Assembly: GCA_964372275.1 (NCBI GenBank)
Contig: CAYJRR010000033.1
Location: 1 to 37,405 of the forward strand
From: an uncultured bacterium
Lineage (GTDB): Bacteria > CAYJRR01
Reading direction: 5' to 3'
DNA: 37,405 nucleotides
In this document: positions 1 through 10,826 of the stretch, piece after piece
Numbering within the stretch: position 1 is the stretch's first letter
Layout of the letters: each line of letters opens with the position of its first letter
Translations under genes and position numbers: made by a program
The notes under the pieces: model-generated
Database searches by the model: none
Seen by the model: only the letters and a program-made list of their open reading frames with translations
What the model was told of the DNA's origin: nothing

Positions 1-1296
1 TTCGTCGAGCGCGGCGATGGCGAGGTCGATTTGCGCCTCGTCGACGATCAGCGGCGGAGCCACCACCAGATGGCTCACCCATCCCATCGCGAAGACGCCG
101 CGCTTCATCAAGTCGGCGGTAACGGCATCGACCACCAGCGGCGCGCGAGCCGCCTTGTCCTGCGGAGTGTTGAACGGATCGCGGGTGGCCCGGTCCTTCA
201 CCAGGTCGACTGCCCAGAACAGCCCCATCCCGCGCACGTCGCCGATCGACGGGTGCTTCGCCATGAGTCCCTTGAGCTTCGCGCCCAGGACCTCCCCTGT
301 CGTCCGCGCGCGGTCGAGGAGCCCGAGCCGCCGGTATTCGTCGATGGCGGCGATCGCCGGGGCGAGCGTGAGCGGGTGCGCCTCGTAGGTGTGCCCGTGG
401 GCGAAGAAGTGGTCGTCGAAGTGGCGGGCGATCTCCTTCGAGGTGGCGACCAGGCCCAGCGGCGCCGCTGCGCCGGTGATCCCCTTGGCGGTGGTGAGGA
501 TGTCGGGGACCACCCCCCAGTGGTCGACGGCGAACCAGGAACCGGTCCGCCCCCAGCCGCTCATCACTTCGTCGGCGATCAGCAGCACGCCCCGCTTCCT
601 GGCCAGCGCCGCCAGCTTCGGCAGGTACTCCTTCGGCGGTACGAGCACGCCGTTGGTCCCGACGATCGGCTCGACGATGACCGCGGCGACGTTCTCGTCG
701 TGGTCGATCATGTAGGCGAGGTAGTCGGCGCAGGCGGTGCCGCACTCGGGATAGGTCCGACCGAGCGGACAGCGGTAACAGTTCACCTCCGGCCCGAAGA
801 CGACGCCGTCGATCTTGCCGGCCGGCTCGACGTACCAGCGCCGCAGGTCCCCCGTGGCGGCGATCGATCCGGCGGTGGAGCCGTGGTAGCTCGTGTAGCG
901 GGCGACGATCTTGTGCTTGCCGGTGTAGAGGCGCGCGATCTTGATCGCCGCTTCGTTCGCCTCGGTTCCCGAGGTGGTGAAGAAGAACTTCTCCAACCCA
1001 CGGGGCATGACCTCGAGAAGCTTGAGCGCAAGCTTCGCCCGGACGTCGCAGGCGAAGGCGGGGCTGACGAAGGCGAGCTCCCGCGCCTGGGCGCAGATCG
1101 CTTCGATCACCGCCGGGTTCTGGTGTCCCAGGTTGTTGCAGACCAGCTGCGAGGAGAGGTCGAGGTAGCGCTTCCCGGAGGCGTCCCAGAACCAGCACCC
1201 CTCCGCCCGGGTGACGTGCAGCGGCCGCCAGTCGCGCTGGAAGCGCCAGGTGCCGTAGGTGTAGCGGGCGGTCGTTTGCGAAACGTCGAGCGACAT
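1..1296 (-). CDS. Class III PLP-dependent aminotransferase (3' end runs off the window)
   Basis: Manual translation from ATG 1296 (missing from the ORF track because no stop lies in the window): MSLDVSQTTARYTYGTWRFQ..GKRYLDLSSQLVCNNLGHQ..SGTEANEAAIKIAR..SYHGST..EPIVGTNG..LLIADEVMSGWGRTG..PDILTTAKGITG..GDVRGMGLF; class III signature with PLP lysine in TAKG. Confidence 0.93.
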   Translation of the reverse strand, partial: MSLDVSQTTARYTYGTWRFQRDWRPLHVTRAEGCWFWDASGKRYLDLSSQLVCNNLGHQNPAVIEAICAQARELAFVSPAFACDVRAKLALKLLEVMPRGLEKFFFTTSGTEANEAAIKIARLYTGKHKIVARYTSYHGSTAGSIAATGDLRRWYVEPAGKIDGVVFGPEVNCYRCPLGRTYPECGTACADYLAYMIDHDENVAAVIVEPIVGTNGVLVPPKEYLPKLAALARKRGVLLIADEVMSGWGRTGSWFAVDHWGVVPDILTTAKGITGAAAPLGLVATSKEIARHFDDHFFAHGHTYEAHPLTLAPAIAAIDEYRRLGLLDRARTTGEVLGAKLKGLMAKHPSIGDVRGMGLFWAVDLVKDRATRDPFNTPQDKAARAPLVVDAVTADLMKRGVFAMGWVSHLVVAPPLIVDEAQIDLAIAALDE

Positions 1297-1398
1297 CGGG
1301 GCCTCCGGGGTGCGGAACCGGATCATACCGAAGGGCATTGTCGACGTGATGCACCCGACGCCTTGAGCCCTGACACCGGCTGCGCGAGGATCGACCCG

Positions 1399-2085
1399 AT
1401 GCGACCCACGGTTCTCTTGTTCGACATCGACGGGACATTGATCACCACCGGCGGGGCGGGGCGGAAGGCGATCGTGCGGGTGTTCGAGCGGCTTTTCGGG
1501 AGGGCGGACGCGTTGTCGTTCGACTTTTCGGGGATGACCGACCGGGCGATCGTCCGGCGAGGACTGTCGGCGATGGGACCCGCGGCCGGCGAGGAGGAGA
1601 TCGATCGCGTGCTCGAGCCCTACCTCGAATGCCTGCGGGACGAGGTCGCGCGCGCGACGGTCTACCGGCTCCACGACGGGATGGCGGCGGCGCTCGACGC
1701 GGCGGCCTCTCGTCCGGGGATCGGTCTCGGGCTGGGAACGGGGAACATCCGCGAGGGGGCGCGCGTGAAGCTCGATCGCCTGGGGATCTTCGACCGCTTC
1801 GCCTTCGGCGGTTTCGGCAGCGATCACGAGGACCGAACCGAGCTGGTCCGCATCGGCGCGCGGCGCGGCGCGGAGACGCTCGGGGTGCCGTTCGCCGACT
1901 GCCGGGTGGTGGTGATCGGCGACACCCCCAAGGACGTCGCCGCGGCGCACGGGATCGGCGCCGAGAGCGTGGCGGTGGCGACGGGACACTTCGACGTGGC
2001 GGCGCTACGGGCGGCGGGTGCGACCTGGGCCTTCCGCGACCTCGCCGAGAGCGGGGCGGTGGAGACGCTCATCGGGGATCGTTAG
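1399..2085 (+). CDS. HAD-superfamily hydrolase/phosphatase
   Basis: Motif I LFDIDGTL, GLGTGN, motif IV VIGDTPKD. Real start is ATG 1399; the upstream part of ORF 31..2085 is the antisense shadow of the aminotransferase. Confidence 0.92.
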   Translation: MRPTVLLFDIDGTLITTGGAGRKAIVRVFERLFGRADALSFDFSGMTDRAIVRRGLSAMGPAAGEEEIDRVLEPYLECLRDEVARATVYRLHDGMAAALDAAASRPGIGLGLGTGNIREGARVKLDRLGIFDRFAFGGFGSDHEDRTELVRIGARRGAETLGVPFADCRVVVIGDTPKDVAAAHGIGAESVAVATGHFDVAALRAAGATWAFRDLAESGAVETLIGDR

Positions 2086-2126
2086 CGAAGGCGCTTCGAC
2101 GCGCGTCGGCGAAGATCGGGTCGAAG

Positions 2127-4700
2127 TCAGGTTCCGATTCGGCGCAGGGCGATCAGCGGGGCGTCCTCGTCTTCGGCGCGCGGCGCGGCGAGGTCGATGT
2201 CGCAGGCCAGCATCCAGTCGGCCTCGCCGTCCGGGGAGACGATCTTCTGCACCGCCTCGAAGCGTTTCGGCGCGACGGCGCGAAGCAGCGTGTTGTGCGG
2301 TCGGCGCGCGGCCGGGGTGAGGTCGATCGAGGGGTGCTCGGCGAAGTAGGGGGCGATCGCCTGCTCGATGCGCGAGGGGGCCCAGTCGGGTCCGGCGAGC
2401 GCGGCGGCGGAGTCGTAGTCCTTGTCGGCGATCGCCTTGAGCAGCCGGTGCAGCTCGTTGCGGACGCGGGCGGCGAAGGACTTGAAGTCGACGGTGGGGT
2501 CGAGGGGGCGGCGTAGGCGAGCGGCGGCCGCGGTGGCGGTCGCGACCGAGGCCGGAGCGGTAACCGTTCCCGTTTCCGCCGCCGAACGCGCACCCGTTCC
2601 CGAACCCGATTCGACCCGCCCCGCCCACTCGTCGAGGAGGCTCGAGTCCACTCCCCGAACCAGCGCCCGCAGCGCCTCGATCACGTCCTCCACCTCGTCG
2701 GTGCGGTAGACCGCCGGCACCGTCTGCACGAGCGTCTTGTAGGCCTGCGACAGGTACCGCAGCAGCACCCCCTCGCTGCGCTCCAGACCGTATTCGCGCA
2801 CGTAGTCGTTGAACGAGACGAAGCGCTCCAGCATCTCCCGCGCCACCGACTTGGGGCGGATGTTCTCGGCGCCGACCCAGGGGTGGCGCGCGGCGAAGTC
2901 GTTGAAGGTGGCGTAGACGAAATCGCGGTTCGGCTTGGGGTGCTCCATCTTCTCCAGCTCCGCCATCCGCTCCTCGTACTCCACCCCCGCCGCCTTGAGC
3001 TCCGCCAATTTTTGGCTCTTCAACCGGTCGAGCTGCTTGGCGAGCACCACCTCCGGGTTCTCCAGGATCGACTCCACCTGCGACAGCACGTCGAAGGCGT
3101 AGGTCGGAACCTCGGGGGAGATGCGCGGCAGCGAGTCGACCAGGTAGAGAGAGAGGGTGTGGAGAAGCGAGAAGTCGCGCTGCAGGTCGGGGGCGGCATG
3201 GATCTGCCCGCGGTCGACCTCGACCAACCGCGCCGAACGCAACGTGCGGAACCGCTCCGCCGCCGCGCGCCGGGCCTTCCGCTTCGCGTGCGGCGGCTCG
3301 TGCGACCGCGCGATCGTTTCCACCAGCCGCCGGTATCCGCCGCCGCGGCGCCCGGTCGGGACCTGGAGCATCGAGAGGAGCAGCCCGAACGTCACCTCGA
3401 ACCGCGACTCCAGCCGCTCCGGCTCCTGATTCTTCAGTTTCTCGAAGGTGGCCTGGTCCCAGTGGGCGTAGCCCTTGGTCGGGGGCTTGTGCTTCACCAC
3501 CTTCCGGCCGGCTGCCGCCTTCGCCTCCAGCTTCTTGTTCTCGATCACGTGCTCGGGGGCCTGCGCCACCACGTAGCCGCGCTCGTCGAACCCCTTCCGT
3601 CCCGCGCGGCCCGCGATCTGGTGGAAGTCGCGCGCCGAGAGGATCGCCGTCTTCTGCCCGTCGAACTTGCAGAGCTGGGTGAAGAGCACCGTCTTGAGCG
3701 GGACGTTGATCCCCATCCCCAGGGTGTCGGTGCCGGAGACGACCTTGAGCATCCCCTGCTGCGCCAGCTTCTCGACGGTGAGGCGGTACGTCGGGAGGAG
3801 CCCCGCGTGGTGCACGCCGATCCCGTGGCGCAGGTAGCGCGCGAAGTCCTTGCCGAAGGGGGTGGTGAAGCGCACTCCGTCGAGGGCCGCCCGGATCGCC
3901 TCCTTCTCCTCGCGCGAGGAGAAGTTCACGCTGGTGAGGTTCTGCGCCTGCTCGCACGCCGCTCGTTGGGTGAAGTTGACCAGGTAGATCGGCGCGCGTC
4001 CCTGGTCCACCAGGGTCTCGATCGTCTCGTGCAGCGGCGTGTCGCGGTATTCGAACTCCAGCGGCACCGGACGGACGGCGCTCTTCACGCGGACCACCTC
4101 GCGACCGGTGGTCGACGTCAATCCCTCCTCGATGGCGGTGGTGTCGCCGAGCGTCGCCGACATCAGCAGGAACTCGGTCCGCTCGAGCAGCAGGAGCGGC
4201 ACCTGCCACGCCAGTCCCCGGTCGCGATCGGCGTAGTAGTGGAACTCGTCCATGGCGACGGCGTGAATCGGAACCTGATCCTCGCGGATGGCGAGGTTCA
4301 CCAGGATCTCGGCGGTGCAGCAGACGATCGGCGCGTCGCGGTTGATCGTCGCGTCGCCAGTCATCATCCCCACGTTTTCGGCGCCGAACGTCTCGCACAG
4401 CGCGAAGAACTTCTCGTTGACCAGCGCCTTGATCGGGCAGGTGTAGTAGGAGCGGCGCCCTTCGCACAGCGACTTGTAGTGGAGGAAGGTGGCGACCAGC
4501 GACTTGCCCGATCCGGTCGGTGTGGAGAGGACGACGTGCTTCCCGTCGAGCAGCGCCAGGATCGCCTCCTCCTGCGCCTCGTAGAGCGTGAGCCCCGTCG
4601 CGGCGACCCACGCCATGAACCGGTCGAGGACCTCCCCCGGCGGGAGCGACCCGCCGGACGTCGGCGCGGCGGCGGAGAGCGGCGCGGGGGCGGCGGCCAC
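2127..4700 (-). CDS. Ski2/HelY-like DEAD/DEAH-box helicase with DUF3516-type C-terminal region
   Basis: Walker [58 protein letters not shown]-terminal [19 protein letters not shown]. Confidence 0.93.
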   Translation of the reverse strand: MAAAPAPLSAAAPTSGGSLPPGEVLDRFMAWVAATGLTLYEAQEEAILALLDGKHVVLSTPTGSGKSLVATFLHYKSLCEGRRSYYTCPIKALVNEKFFALCETFGAENVGMMTGDATINRDAPIVCCTAEILVNLAIREDQVPIHAVAMDEFHYYADRDRGLAWQVPLLLLERTEFLLMSATLGDTTAIEEGLTSTTGREVVRVKSAVRPVPLEFEYRDTPLHETIETLVDQGRAPIYLVNFTQRAACEQAQNLTSVNFSSREEKEAIRAALDGVRFTTPFGKDFARYLRHGIGVHHAGLLPTYRLTVEKLAQQGMLKVVSGTDTLGMGINVPLKTVLFTQLCKFDGQKTAILSARDFHQIAGRAGRKGFDERGYVVAQAPEHVIENKKLEAKAAAGRKVVKHKPPTKGYAHWDQATFEKLKNQEPERLESRFEVTFGLLLSMLQVPTGRRGGGYRRLVETIARSHEPPHAKRKARRAAAERFRTLRSARLVEVDRGQIHAAPDLQRDFSLLHTLSLYLVDSLPRISPEVPTYAFDVLSQVESILENPEVVLAKQLDRLKSQKLAELKAAGVEYEERMAELEKMEHPKPNRDFVYATFNDFAARHPWVGAENIRPKSVAREMLERFVSFNDYVREYGLERSEGVLLRYLSQAYKTLVQTVPAVYRTDEVEDVIEALRALVRGVDSSLLDEWAGRVESGSGTGARSAAETGTVTAPASVATATAAAARLRRPLDPTVDFKSFAARVRNELHRLLKAIADKDYDSAAALAGPDWAPSRIEQAIAPYFAEHPSIDLTPAARRPHNTLLRAVAPKRFEAVQKIVSPDGEADWMLACDIDLAAPRAEDEDAPLIALRRIGT

Positions 4701-4779
4701 CGCCCCTACCTACCGGGGATCGGCGGGCGCGGCAAGGACGACCGGCCGTGGCGGCCGCGCGGATCGACGAGGGGCGGCG

Positions 4780-5558
4780 TCAGGGGCGCGGCTGGTTGAT
4801 GCAGTCGGTCGACGGGCCGGTGCGCAGCCGGTCGAGCAGTCTCACCAGGTTCCCGGTCGTGGACGCGGCCGGAACGGTCGCGGGAAGACGTTCGTCGAAG
4901 CAAGGTGCCCGGCGCGGGAGCTGGCGCAGGCACGAGCCCAGGTTGGACGCGAGCCACGCGATCTCCTCCGCACGGTAGGCGGCGCAGAACCGGTCCGGCT
5001 GGTGGACGAGCATCTCGATTGCGATGGCGAAGTATTCGGCGCCGTCGTTCTCGAGCGCGTGGAAATCTTCTCGGTAGCGGCGGGGGACGCCGAGCGTCTC
5101 CAGTCGCCGATCCAGGTCGTTCCGAAACCGATCCAGCTCCTCCGGCGAATGCCCCTGCCTCCGTCGTAGCGCGTCGGCGTAGAGAGTCGCCGGATCCCCG
5201 GACCAGCGCTGGGCAAGCGAGCGATAGCGAATCCGGAGGAACTCCTCCACCTTCCCCGCGGGAGCGCAGCCGCCGTGCCAGTGGTGCGCCATCTCATGCA
5301 GGGGCACGCGTCCCGGATCGCTCCACAGCGCCACCACCTCCGGGAGCGCGAGTCCGCTCTCCTCCGCCTCCCGGCGCAAGGCATCTTCCCGCCGGGGACC
5401 GAGGAGATGTCGACGGTCACCGGACTGCCGTCGCAGCGGGCGAGGCAGCCGGGGACGGCCTCGATCCCGGCTGCGACCGCCCGCGCGCTGCTCGGCCGTT
5501 CCGCCGCGGACGACGTACTCCCCGGTGAGCGCTGATAGCAGACCCTCGGCGTCGGCAC
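4780..5558 (-). CDS. HExxH zinc-metallopeptidase-like protein, apparently frameshifted near 5370; start uncertain
   Basis: C-terminal frame has LHEMAHHWH and a distal ENDGAEYFAIAIE (third-ligand-like Glu, as in MtfA/ATLF-like zincins). Upstream of about 5372 the GC3-rich reading is in another frame (AVAAGIEAVPGCLARCDGSPVTVDISSVPGG). Confidence 0.55.
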
Positions 5559-5708
5559 CGACCGCGCCGGTACGGCGCCAGCCGCACCTTGCGCGCGGGG
5601 CGGACGTTACCAACGTTTCACACGGCAGTCGTTCGAAGGGTGCGGCGCGGTCTCGCCGCAGGAATTCGGGTGGTCGGGCCGCCACTCGGGAGGTCGGGGC
5701 CCGACTTC

Positions 5709-6044
5709 GTGAAGACTCCGCCCAGACGGGTGCTGATCGTCGGATTCCGATCCGACGTGCGTCGCAATCTCCGCGTGGCCTTCGAATCGGCCGGTCATTC
5801 GATCGTCGAGGTGGCCACGGGTGCCGCGGCGCTCGATCACCTCTTCTCGAATGCACCGGCGCCGCACGCGATCCTGGTCGATACCGGCCTTCCGCCACCG
5901 AACGGCGATTCCCTGGTCGCGGTTCTCCGCTCGTACACCCGACTTTCGCGGATTCCGGTGATCCGACGGAAGCGGGGCGAGAGCGCCGCCGGCGTCGTGC
6001 GCGCAGTCGAAGCCGCGCTCGCGGACGATTCCCCGACGGGCTAA
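5709..6044 (+). CDS. Stand-alone, degenerate response-regulator receiver domain
   Basis: GTG start after GGAGGT; RVLIVG..AGHSIVEVATGAAALDHL..PHAILVDTGLPPPNG..RIPVI. Phosphoacceptor Asp present; N-terminal acidic pair and conserved Lys not evident. Confidence 0.7.
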   Translation: MKTPPRRVLIVGFRSDVRRNLRVAFESAGHSIVEVATGAAALDHLFSNAPAPHAILVDTGLPPPNGDSLVAVLRSYTRLSRIPVIRRKRGESAAGVVRAVEAALADDSPTG

Positions 6045-6067
6045 CCCGTGGCGCCGCGTCGGGGCGC

Positions 6068-8443
6068 CTACGAAGATCGTTGGCGTGACGGCGCCACGCG
6101 CCCCGGACGCGCCAGGAACGCGGCAAGGCCGATCGCGGCGAACCCGGCGACCGCGACGATCGATGTCCACGCGCCGGGCCGGCGCACCGGGCGGATCGTC
6201 ACCTCGGTCGCGCCCGCCGGGACGAGGGCCTGCGTCAAGGCGCCGTAGCCGGGGTGCAGCGGCAGCGGGACCTCCTCCGCGCCGACCGTCGCCGTTCCGC
6301 GGAGAAAGCTCGCGAAGTTCATCGCCACCGTCAGCGGACAACGCTCCGGCGTACGCACCCGCAGGCGGACAGTCTGTCCGTCCGGCTCGACCGAAGCCCG
6401 GTCGACCAGCGCCTCCGCGCAGCGCGGGGAGACCTCGGACGGAAGCCCCGCCGCGCGGACCGCGTCGTCCTCCTCGACGACGAGCGCCAGGCGCCCGAGC
6501 TCGGCGTGGAGACCGGTCCCGGCCGAGGCCATCCGGTCGGCGAGGGCCTGCACCGTCTTTTCGCGGACGAGGGCGGCGCTGAACCACGCCGGTCCGGCGG
6601 TCGGGCCGAGCGGGCGCAGGCGGAGCGACTTGCCCTCGAACGTCCCGAGGAAGGCGACGTTGTAAAGCTGCTGGAACAGGTCGAACGGCGGCCCCGAACC
6701 GAAGTCGAAGTAGACGTAGGTCGGATCGAACGGCATCCGGTGGACGGCGAAGTAGAGCTCCAGGAACCGGCGCGTCGGAAAGGCGTACCCGCTCAGGGAC
6801 GACAGGCCGAGGGCGTAGGCGGTGTTCGTCCCCAGCGACGGCAGGTCGTTGGTGAGCTCGATCCGGGTGAGCAGCGATCGGAGCTGCGGCTCCTGCCGCA
6901 GCGCCTCCGCGCGCATCTGCGCCGGTCGCCGCGTCGTGATCTCGGGGGTCGGATAGGGATTGAGCCGCTCTCGGAAGGCGCCGAGGCTCCCGCCGGCCAG
7001 GGCGAGGAGAAGCGCGCCGGCAGGAAGGGCGTCGGCGAGGCGTGGACGGAGGAGAGGGAGCGCCACGACGCCGGCGGCGAGGAGCCATCCGAGGGCCTCC
7101 CGGACCGGCGGCGAGACGGCGAACAGGACGCCGGCCACGACCGGACCTCCGACGACCGCGCCGAGCGGCCACCCGTCGGCCGACCGCCCGAAGCGTCGCA
7201 ACAGCGCCGCCCCGGCGACGATCGGCACCGCGAGCGCGAACGGCAGGATGGCGCGCGCCGGCACGCGGAAGCTGTCGAGCATCGGGAAGACCTTCGCCAG
7301 CCACGTCGACGCCGGAGCGACGTTCATCGAGAAGACGACCGCGAGCAGCACGCTGGCGCCCAGGCCCGCGGCGAGGGTCCTCGACCGCCGCCACCACGGG
7401 ACGAGCGCCAGCAGCACGAGCGGCGGACCGATCGGGAAGTTCACCTCGTGGTGGTAGGTCAGCTCCCTCGACGACGGGATCCAGCGTTTGGACCACGGGA
7501 TCGACGAGAGCCAGTCGCTTGACACGGCGGTGAGATAGCTGAAGGTGACCGGCTCGCTGCCCAGCGATCGCCCGCCGTCCGTTCCGCGGGCGTAGTCGAA
7601 CATCGCCAGGAAGTGGGGGAGCGACGCCAGTACCGAGCCGGCGCCGATCAACAGCACCGGCAGCGCCCGCGCCGCGACTCCGCGGGGGTCGGCGCGGTCG
7701 CGCGCGATCCACGCGCCGGCGACGGCCAGGAGGACGGGGCCGCCGAAGACGGCGCTGTAGAGCGTCATCTGGTGTCCGGGGGCCTGCAGCACGTGGAGGT
7801 AGGCGATCGCCGCGACCGCGGTGAGCGTGACGGTGAGCCGGCCGTTCGCCGCCGCCAGCAGCAGCGCCAGCGTCGCGAGGAAGGCGAAGCTCCCCAGCAC
7901 CAGGATCTCGTGGCCGTAGCCGAGGCGCCAGGCGAGCACCGGCGCGAAGGCGAAGACGGCGGCGAGGCCGACCTGCGCCGCCCGCCCGGGTCGGAGCGGC
8001 GGTCCGGCGTCGTCCGGAGCGGACCACGACCGGGCGAGGTCGACCGTCGCGCGACTGCCGAGGAAGGAGGCGATCACCTGGATGACGAAGGTGACCAGGT
8101 TCGCGCACGCCACCGGCGACAGACCCAGCCGCCCGGCGAGGCGGTAGACCGGGAGCGATCCGGTGATCGAATGCCCGGCGACCCCGCCGAGCGCGTTGAG
8201 GCGATAGAGGAAGCGCGTCCAGTCGCCGTCCTGCTCCAGGATGTCGCGGACCAGCGGAAGGGTGATGTAGGTCCCGTCGTGGCCGCTGATCTGGAGGCCG
8301 GGAGACCATCCCAGGAGCAGGAGCCACGTCGCCGGGACCAGGACCACGCCGATCGCCAGCAGGCGCAGGTCCTCGCGCTCGGCGCTCTCCACGCGAACGG
8401 ACCGTTCCGCCTTGGGGACGCCCTTCCCCTTCGGTCGTTTCAT
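6068..8443 (-). CDS. Polytopic membrane protein, YfhO/GT-C-like
   Basis: ATG 8443 (MKRPKGKG..); many hydrophobic helices, FRVPAR motif, SLSGY, C-terminal VPAGATEVTIR plus final TM helix, as in YfhO-like proteins. Confidence 0.65.
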   Translation of the reverse strand: MKRPKGKGVPKAERSVRVESAEREDLRLLAIGVVLVPATWLLLLGWSPGLQISGHDGTYITLPLVRDILEQDGDWTRFLYRLNALGGVAGHSITGSLPVYRLAGRLGLSPVACANLVTFVIQVIASFLGSRATVDLARSWSAPDDAGPPLRPGRAAQVGLAAVFAFAPVLAWRLGYGHEILVLGSFAFLATLALLLAAANGRLTVTLTAVAAIAYLHVLQAPGHQMTLYSAVFGGPVLLAVAGAWIARDRADPRGVAARALPVLLIGAGSVLASLPHFLAMFDYARGTDGGRSLGSEPVTFSYLTAVSSDWLSSIPWSKRWIPSSRELTYHHEVNFPIGPPLVLLALVPWWRRSRTLAAGLGASVLLAVVFSMNVAPASTWLAKVFPMLDSFRVPARAILPFALAVPIVAGAALLRRFGRSADGWPLGAVVGGPVVAGVLFAVSPPVREALGWLLAAGVVALPLLRPRLADALPAGALLLALAGGSLGAFRERLNPYPTPEITTRRPAQMRAEALRQEPQLRSLLTRIELTNDLPSLGTNTAYALGLSSLSGYAFPTRRFLELYFAVHRMPFDPTYVYFDFGSGPPFDLFQQLYNVAFLGTFEGKSLRLRPLGPTAGPAWFSAALVREKTVQALADRMASAGTGLHAELGRLALVVEEDDAVRAAGLPSEVSPRCAEALVDRASVEPDGQTVRLRVRTPERCPLTVAMNFASFLRGTATVGAEEVPLPLHPGYGALTQALVPAGATEVTIRPVRRPGAWTSIVAVAGFAAIGLAAFLARPGRVAPSRQRSS

Positions 8444-8469
8444 CGACGCCGATCGTATACTCGCGCTCG

Positions 8470-10329
8470 ATGCGGCGCCTCCTCTCCGTCGGACTCCTGG
8501 TCGCGCTCGCCGCCTGCGCCGAGCGGGCGTCGATCGACGTCGTCCTTCCGGCGGACCGGGCCTTCGTGCGCTCCGACGGGAGCCTTCCGATCGAAGCGCG
8601 GGTCGACGTCGACCGCGTGACCCGCCTGCGGATCGGTCTCGACGGCCGACGGTTGTCCGAGGTCGGGCGCGATGCCGACGGCGTCTTCCGCGATCACCTC
8701 GCGCGCCTGCCGCGCGGCCGGCACCGCCTGGAGCTGGTGGCGCCGGAGATCCCCGGAATGTCCGCGACACGCACCGTCTTCGTCGACCGGCTCCCGGACA
8801 GCCCCATCGACGGTCTGGGCCTTTCGCCCGACGGCGGACTGGCGCTCGCGCTCTCCGACGGCCGCCCGGCGGACGACGGCCTCTTCGTCGGTCCGCTGAC
8901 CTTGACCCGCATCGGGGACGGGCCGCCCCTACACCGGCTCCTCGCGCGGAACGGCGCCTTCGGCGAGGTCGCGCCCGGCGAGGGGACGGTGGCGTGGGTG
9001 GATCGCTGGCGCGCCGGGCGCGGTCGGCTGCGAGTCGCGTCGGTCGATGGATCCGACGAAGGGGCGACGCTCGCCGGCGTCCGCGGGATCGCCTACGCCC
9101 CCGACGGCGCGACGCTGGCCGCGCGGGGCGACGGGATCCACGTGGCGGCGGCGCCGTTCGTCGACTTCGTCGAGGCGGCCGCGTCTGCCGACCTGTTCGC
9201 CTTCGTCGGACCCGAGGACGACCTGGTCGCATTCGCGAAAACCGACGTGGAAGGGGCCTATCGGGCGACGATGGCGTCCGCGCCGGGCTACGCGCCGACG
9301 GCGCTGCTGCCGGTGTTGCGGGCGTCGATCGCCCGGCGCGGCGGCGCGCGCGAGGTGGCGTTGCGGCACTTCGATGCCGAGGGGCCCGGCGGGCTCTCGC
9401 TCTACGACTTCGGGTCGCGGAGCCTCGACGAGCGGTTCACGGCGGTCTCGACGGTCGCCTACTCGGGCGACGGCGCGTGGATGCTGGCCATCGCCGACCC
9501 GGACGCGGCCGGGATCGGTCGGCTGGTGCTGGAGGATCGCTCGACGGGGGCGGAGGTGGAGGTGGCCGACGGGATCGTCGACGCCGCGTTCGAGCCGGAG
9601 GGTGGGCGGGTTCTGGCGCTCTCGTCGTCCGGGGGGCTGACGGAGATCGACCTGACCGGGACGCCGTTCGGGGTCGAAGCGCTCGCGGACGGGGTGGTGG
9701 CGTTCGCGGCGCTCGAAGGGGGCGCCCGGTTGTGGCAGACGGCGGACGGGTCGCTGTTCGCACGCCTGCTCGACGCGGCCCCCGGTGGGCCGGCCGTGGT
9801 GCCGCTGGGACCGGTGCGGGAGGACGCCCCCGAGGTGGTGGCCTCCTCCGACGCGCGAACGATCGCCTTCGCCTCCGAGGACGGGACGCGACGACCGGTC
9901 CGGCGTGTCGACCTGGCGCTGGGGATGATCGCCGACTTCGGCGTCGACGCGCGCGGTCCGATCCTCCTCGCGTCGGGGGCGGTGGCGTGGATCGAACGAC
10001 GGGAGGAGGCGATCGACGACCTCTGGGTCTTTCCCGCCTTTCCGATCTCGATCCGGGGGCCGCGTCGGCTCGCCGAGCGGATCGACGCCGGCGCGATCGC
10101 GATCCGCTCCGACTCCGCGGCGATCGCGGTGGTGTCGGACGATGGAGGGGGCGGCCTCGTGCGTTGCGTCGACCCCTGGATGCGCGAGCGCTCGCTCGGC
10201 CCCTTCGAGGCGGCCGCGCCACGGCCGTTCTTCCATGCCGACGGCCGGATCGTGTGGTGGGGCCGGGATGGGAGGGAGCGGCGGGTGCTCTTTCTCGAGC
10301 GCTGTTTCCCCGACGCCGGGGACCGGTAG
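8470..10329 (+). CDS. Lipoprotein with Ig-like N-domain and TolB/WD40-like beta-propeller
   Basis: Lipobox LAAC; LPRGRHRLELVA Ig-like strand; repeated blade motifs LSPDG, YAPDG, YSGDG, FEPEG, SSDA. Confidence 0.7.
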   Translation: MRRLLSVGLLVALAACAERASIDVVLPADRAFVRSDGSLPIEARVDVDRVTRLRIGLDGRRLSEVGRDADGVFRDHLARLPRGRHRLELVAPEIPGMSATRTVFVDRLPDSPIDGLGLSPDGGLALALSDGRPADDGLFVGPLTLTRIGDGPPLHRLLARNGAFGEVAPGEGTVAWVDRWRAGRGRLRVASVDGSDEGATLAGVRGIAYAPDGATLAARGDGIHVAAAPFVDFVEAAASADLFAFVGPEDDLVAFAKTDVEGAYRATMASAPGYAPTALLPVLRASIARRGGAREVALRHFDAEGPGGLSLYDFGSRSLDERFTAVSTVAYSGDGAWMLAIADPDAAGIGRLVLEDRSTGAEVEVADGIVDAAFEPEGGRVLALSSSGGLTEIDLTGTPFGVEALADGVVAFAALEGGARLWQTADGSLFARLLDAAPGGPAVVPLGPVREDAPEVVASSDARTIAFASEDGTRRPVRRVDLALGMIADFGVDARGPILLASGAVAWIERREEAIDDLWVFPAFPISIRGPRRLAERIDAGAIAIRSDSAAIAVVSDDGGGGLVRCVDPWMRERSLGPFEAAAPRPFFHADGRIVWWGRDGRERRVLFLERCFPDAGDR

Positions 10330-10484
10330 CCTTCCGTCCGGATCTCGGACGATGGGCAGCGGCGCGGATCGTTCCGTCGAGTCGCCGGCGCGACGACCTG
10401 GAAAAATGTCTTTTCGCCGAAGCGCGGAGTCCCGCGCCGGTTCCAACACCGCGCGACGTCGTCCCGTGCGCACCGCGCGCGAAG

Positions 10485-10500
10485 CGGTCCAAGCCTTGCT
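10485..10500 (+). promoter_or_regulatory. Candidate sigma54 -24/-12 promoter
   Basis: CGGTCCAAGCCTTGCT: GG-N10-GC with TTGCT, about 30 nt before ATG 10530. Confidence 0.4.
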
Positions 10501-10529
10501 CTCTGGCCCGACGCGAAAGGGGGAGCGAC

Positions 10530-10826
10530 ATGGACGAAGAGACGGTATCGGAGGGCGAGGTGCGGGCGGCGTTCGACGGGGCGAAACCGAGGGGGCCTCG
10601 GGTGGTCTACGCGATCACGCCGGAGAAAAAGGACCGCGACGGTCGGGTGATCCAGCGGGAAGGGCAGGGGACGTGGAAGGAGGTGGGGGTGGCGTTCTGG
10701 AACGTCGACGACAGCATCAACCTCTACCTCGACGCGATCCCGATCACCGGCCGGCTCCAGATCCGGGAGCGGCGGCCGAGGCGCATGGAGTCGGGGGAGT
10801 CGCTGTTCGGAAAGGAGGGGGTGTGA
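10530..10826 (+). CDS. Small beta-rich hypothetical protein (possible ssDNA-binding), coupled to comEA
   Basis: RBS GGGGGAG; MDEETV..VYAIT..WKEVGVAFWNVDDSINLYLDAIPITGRLQIRE; stop overlaps next start (TGATG). Confidence 0.75.
   Translation: MDEETVSEGEVRAAFDGAKPRGPRVVYAITPEKKDRDGRVIQREGQGTWKEVGVAFWNVDDSINLYLDAIPITGRLQIRERRPRRMESGESLFGKEGV

Noticed and set aside
2520-2620. Short repeats (CCGTTCCCG twice) in the helicase gene
   Set aside because: They encode an in-frame S/G/T/A low-complexity linker, not an array or mobile element.
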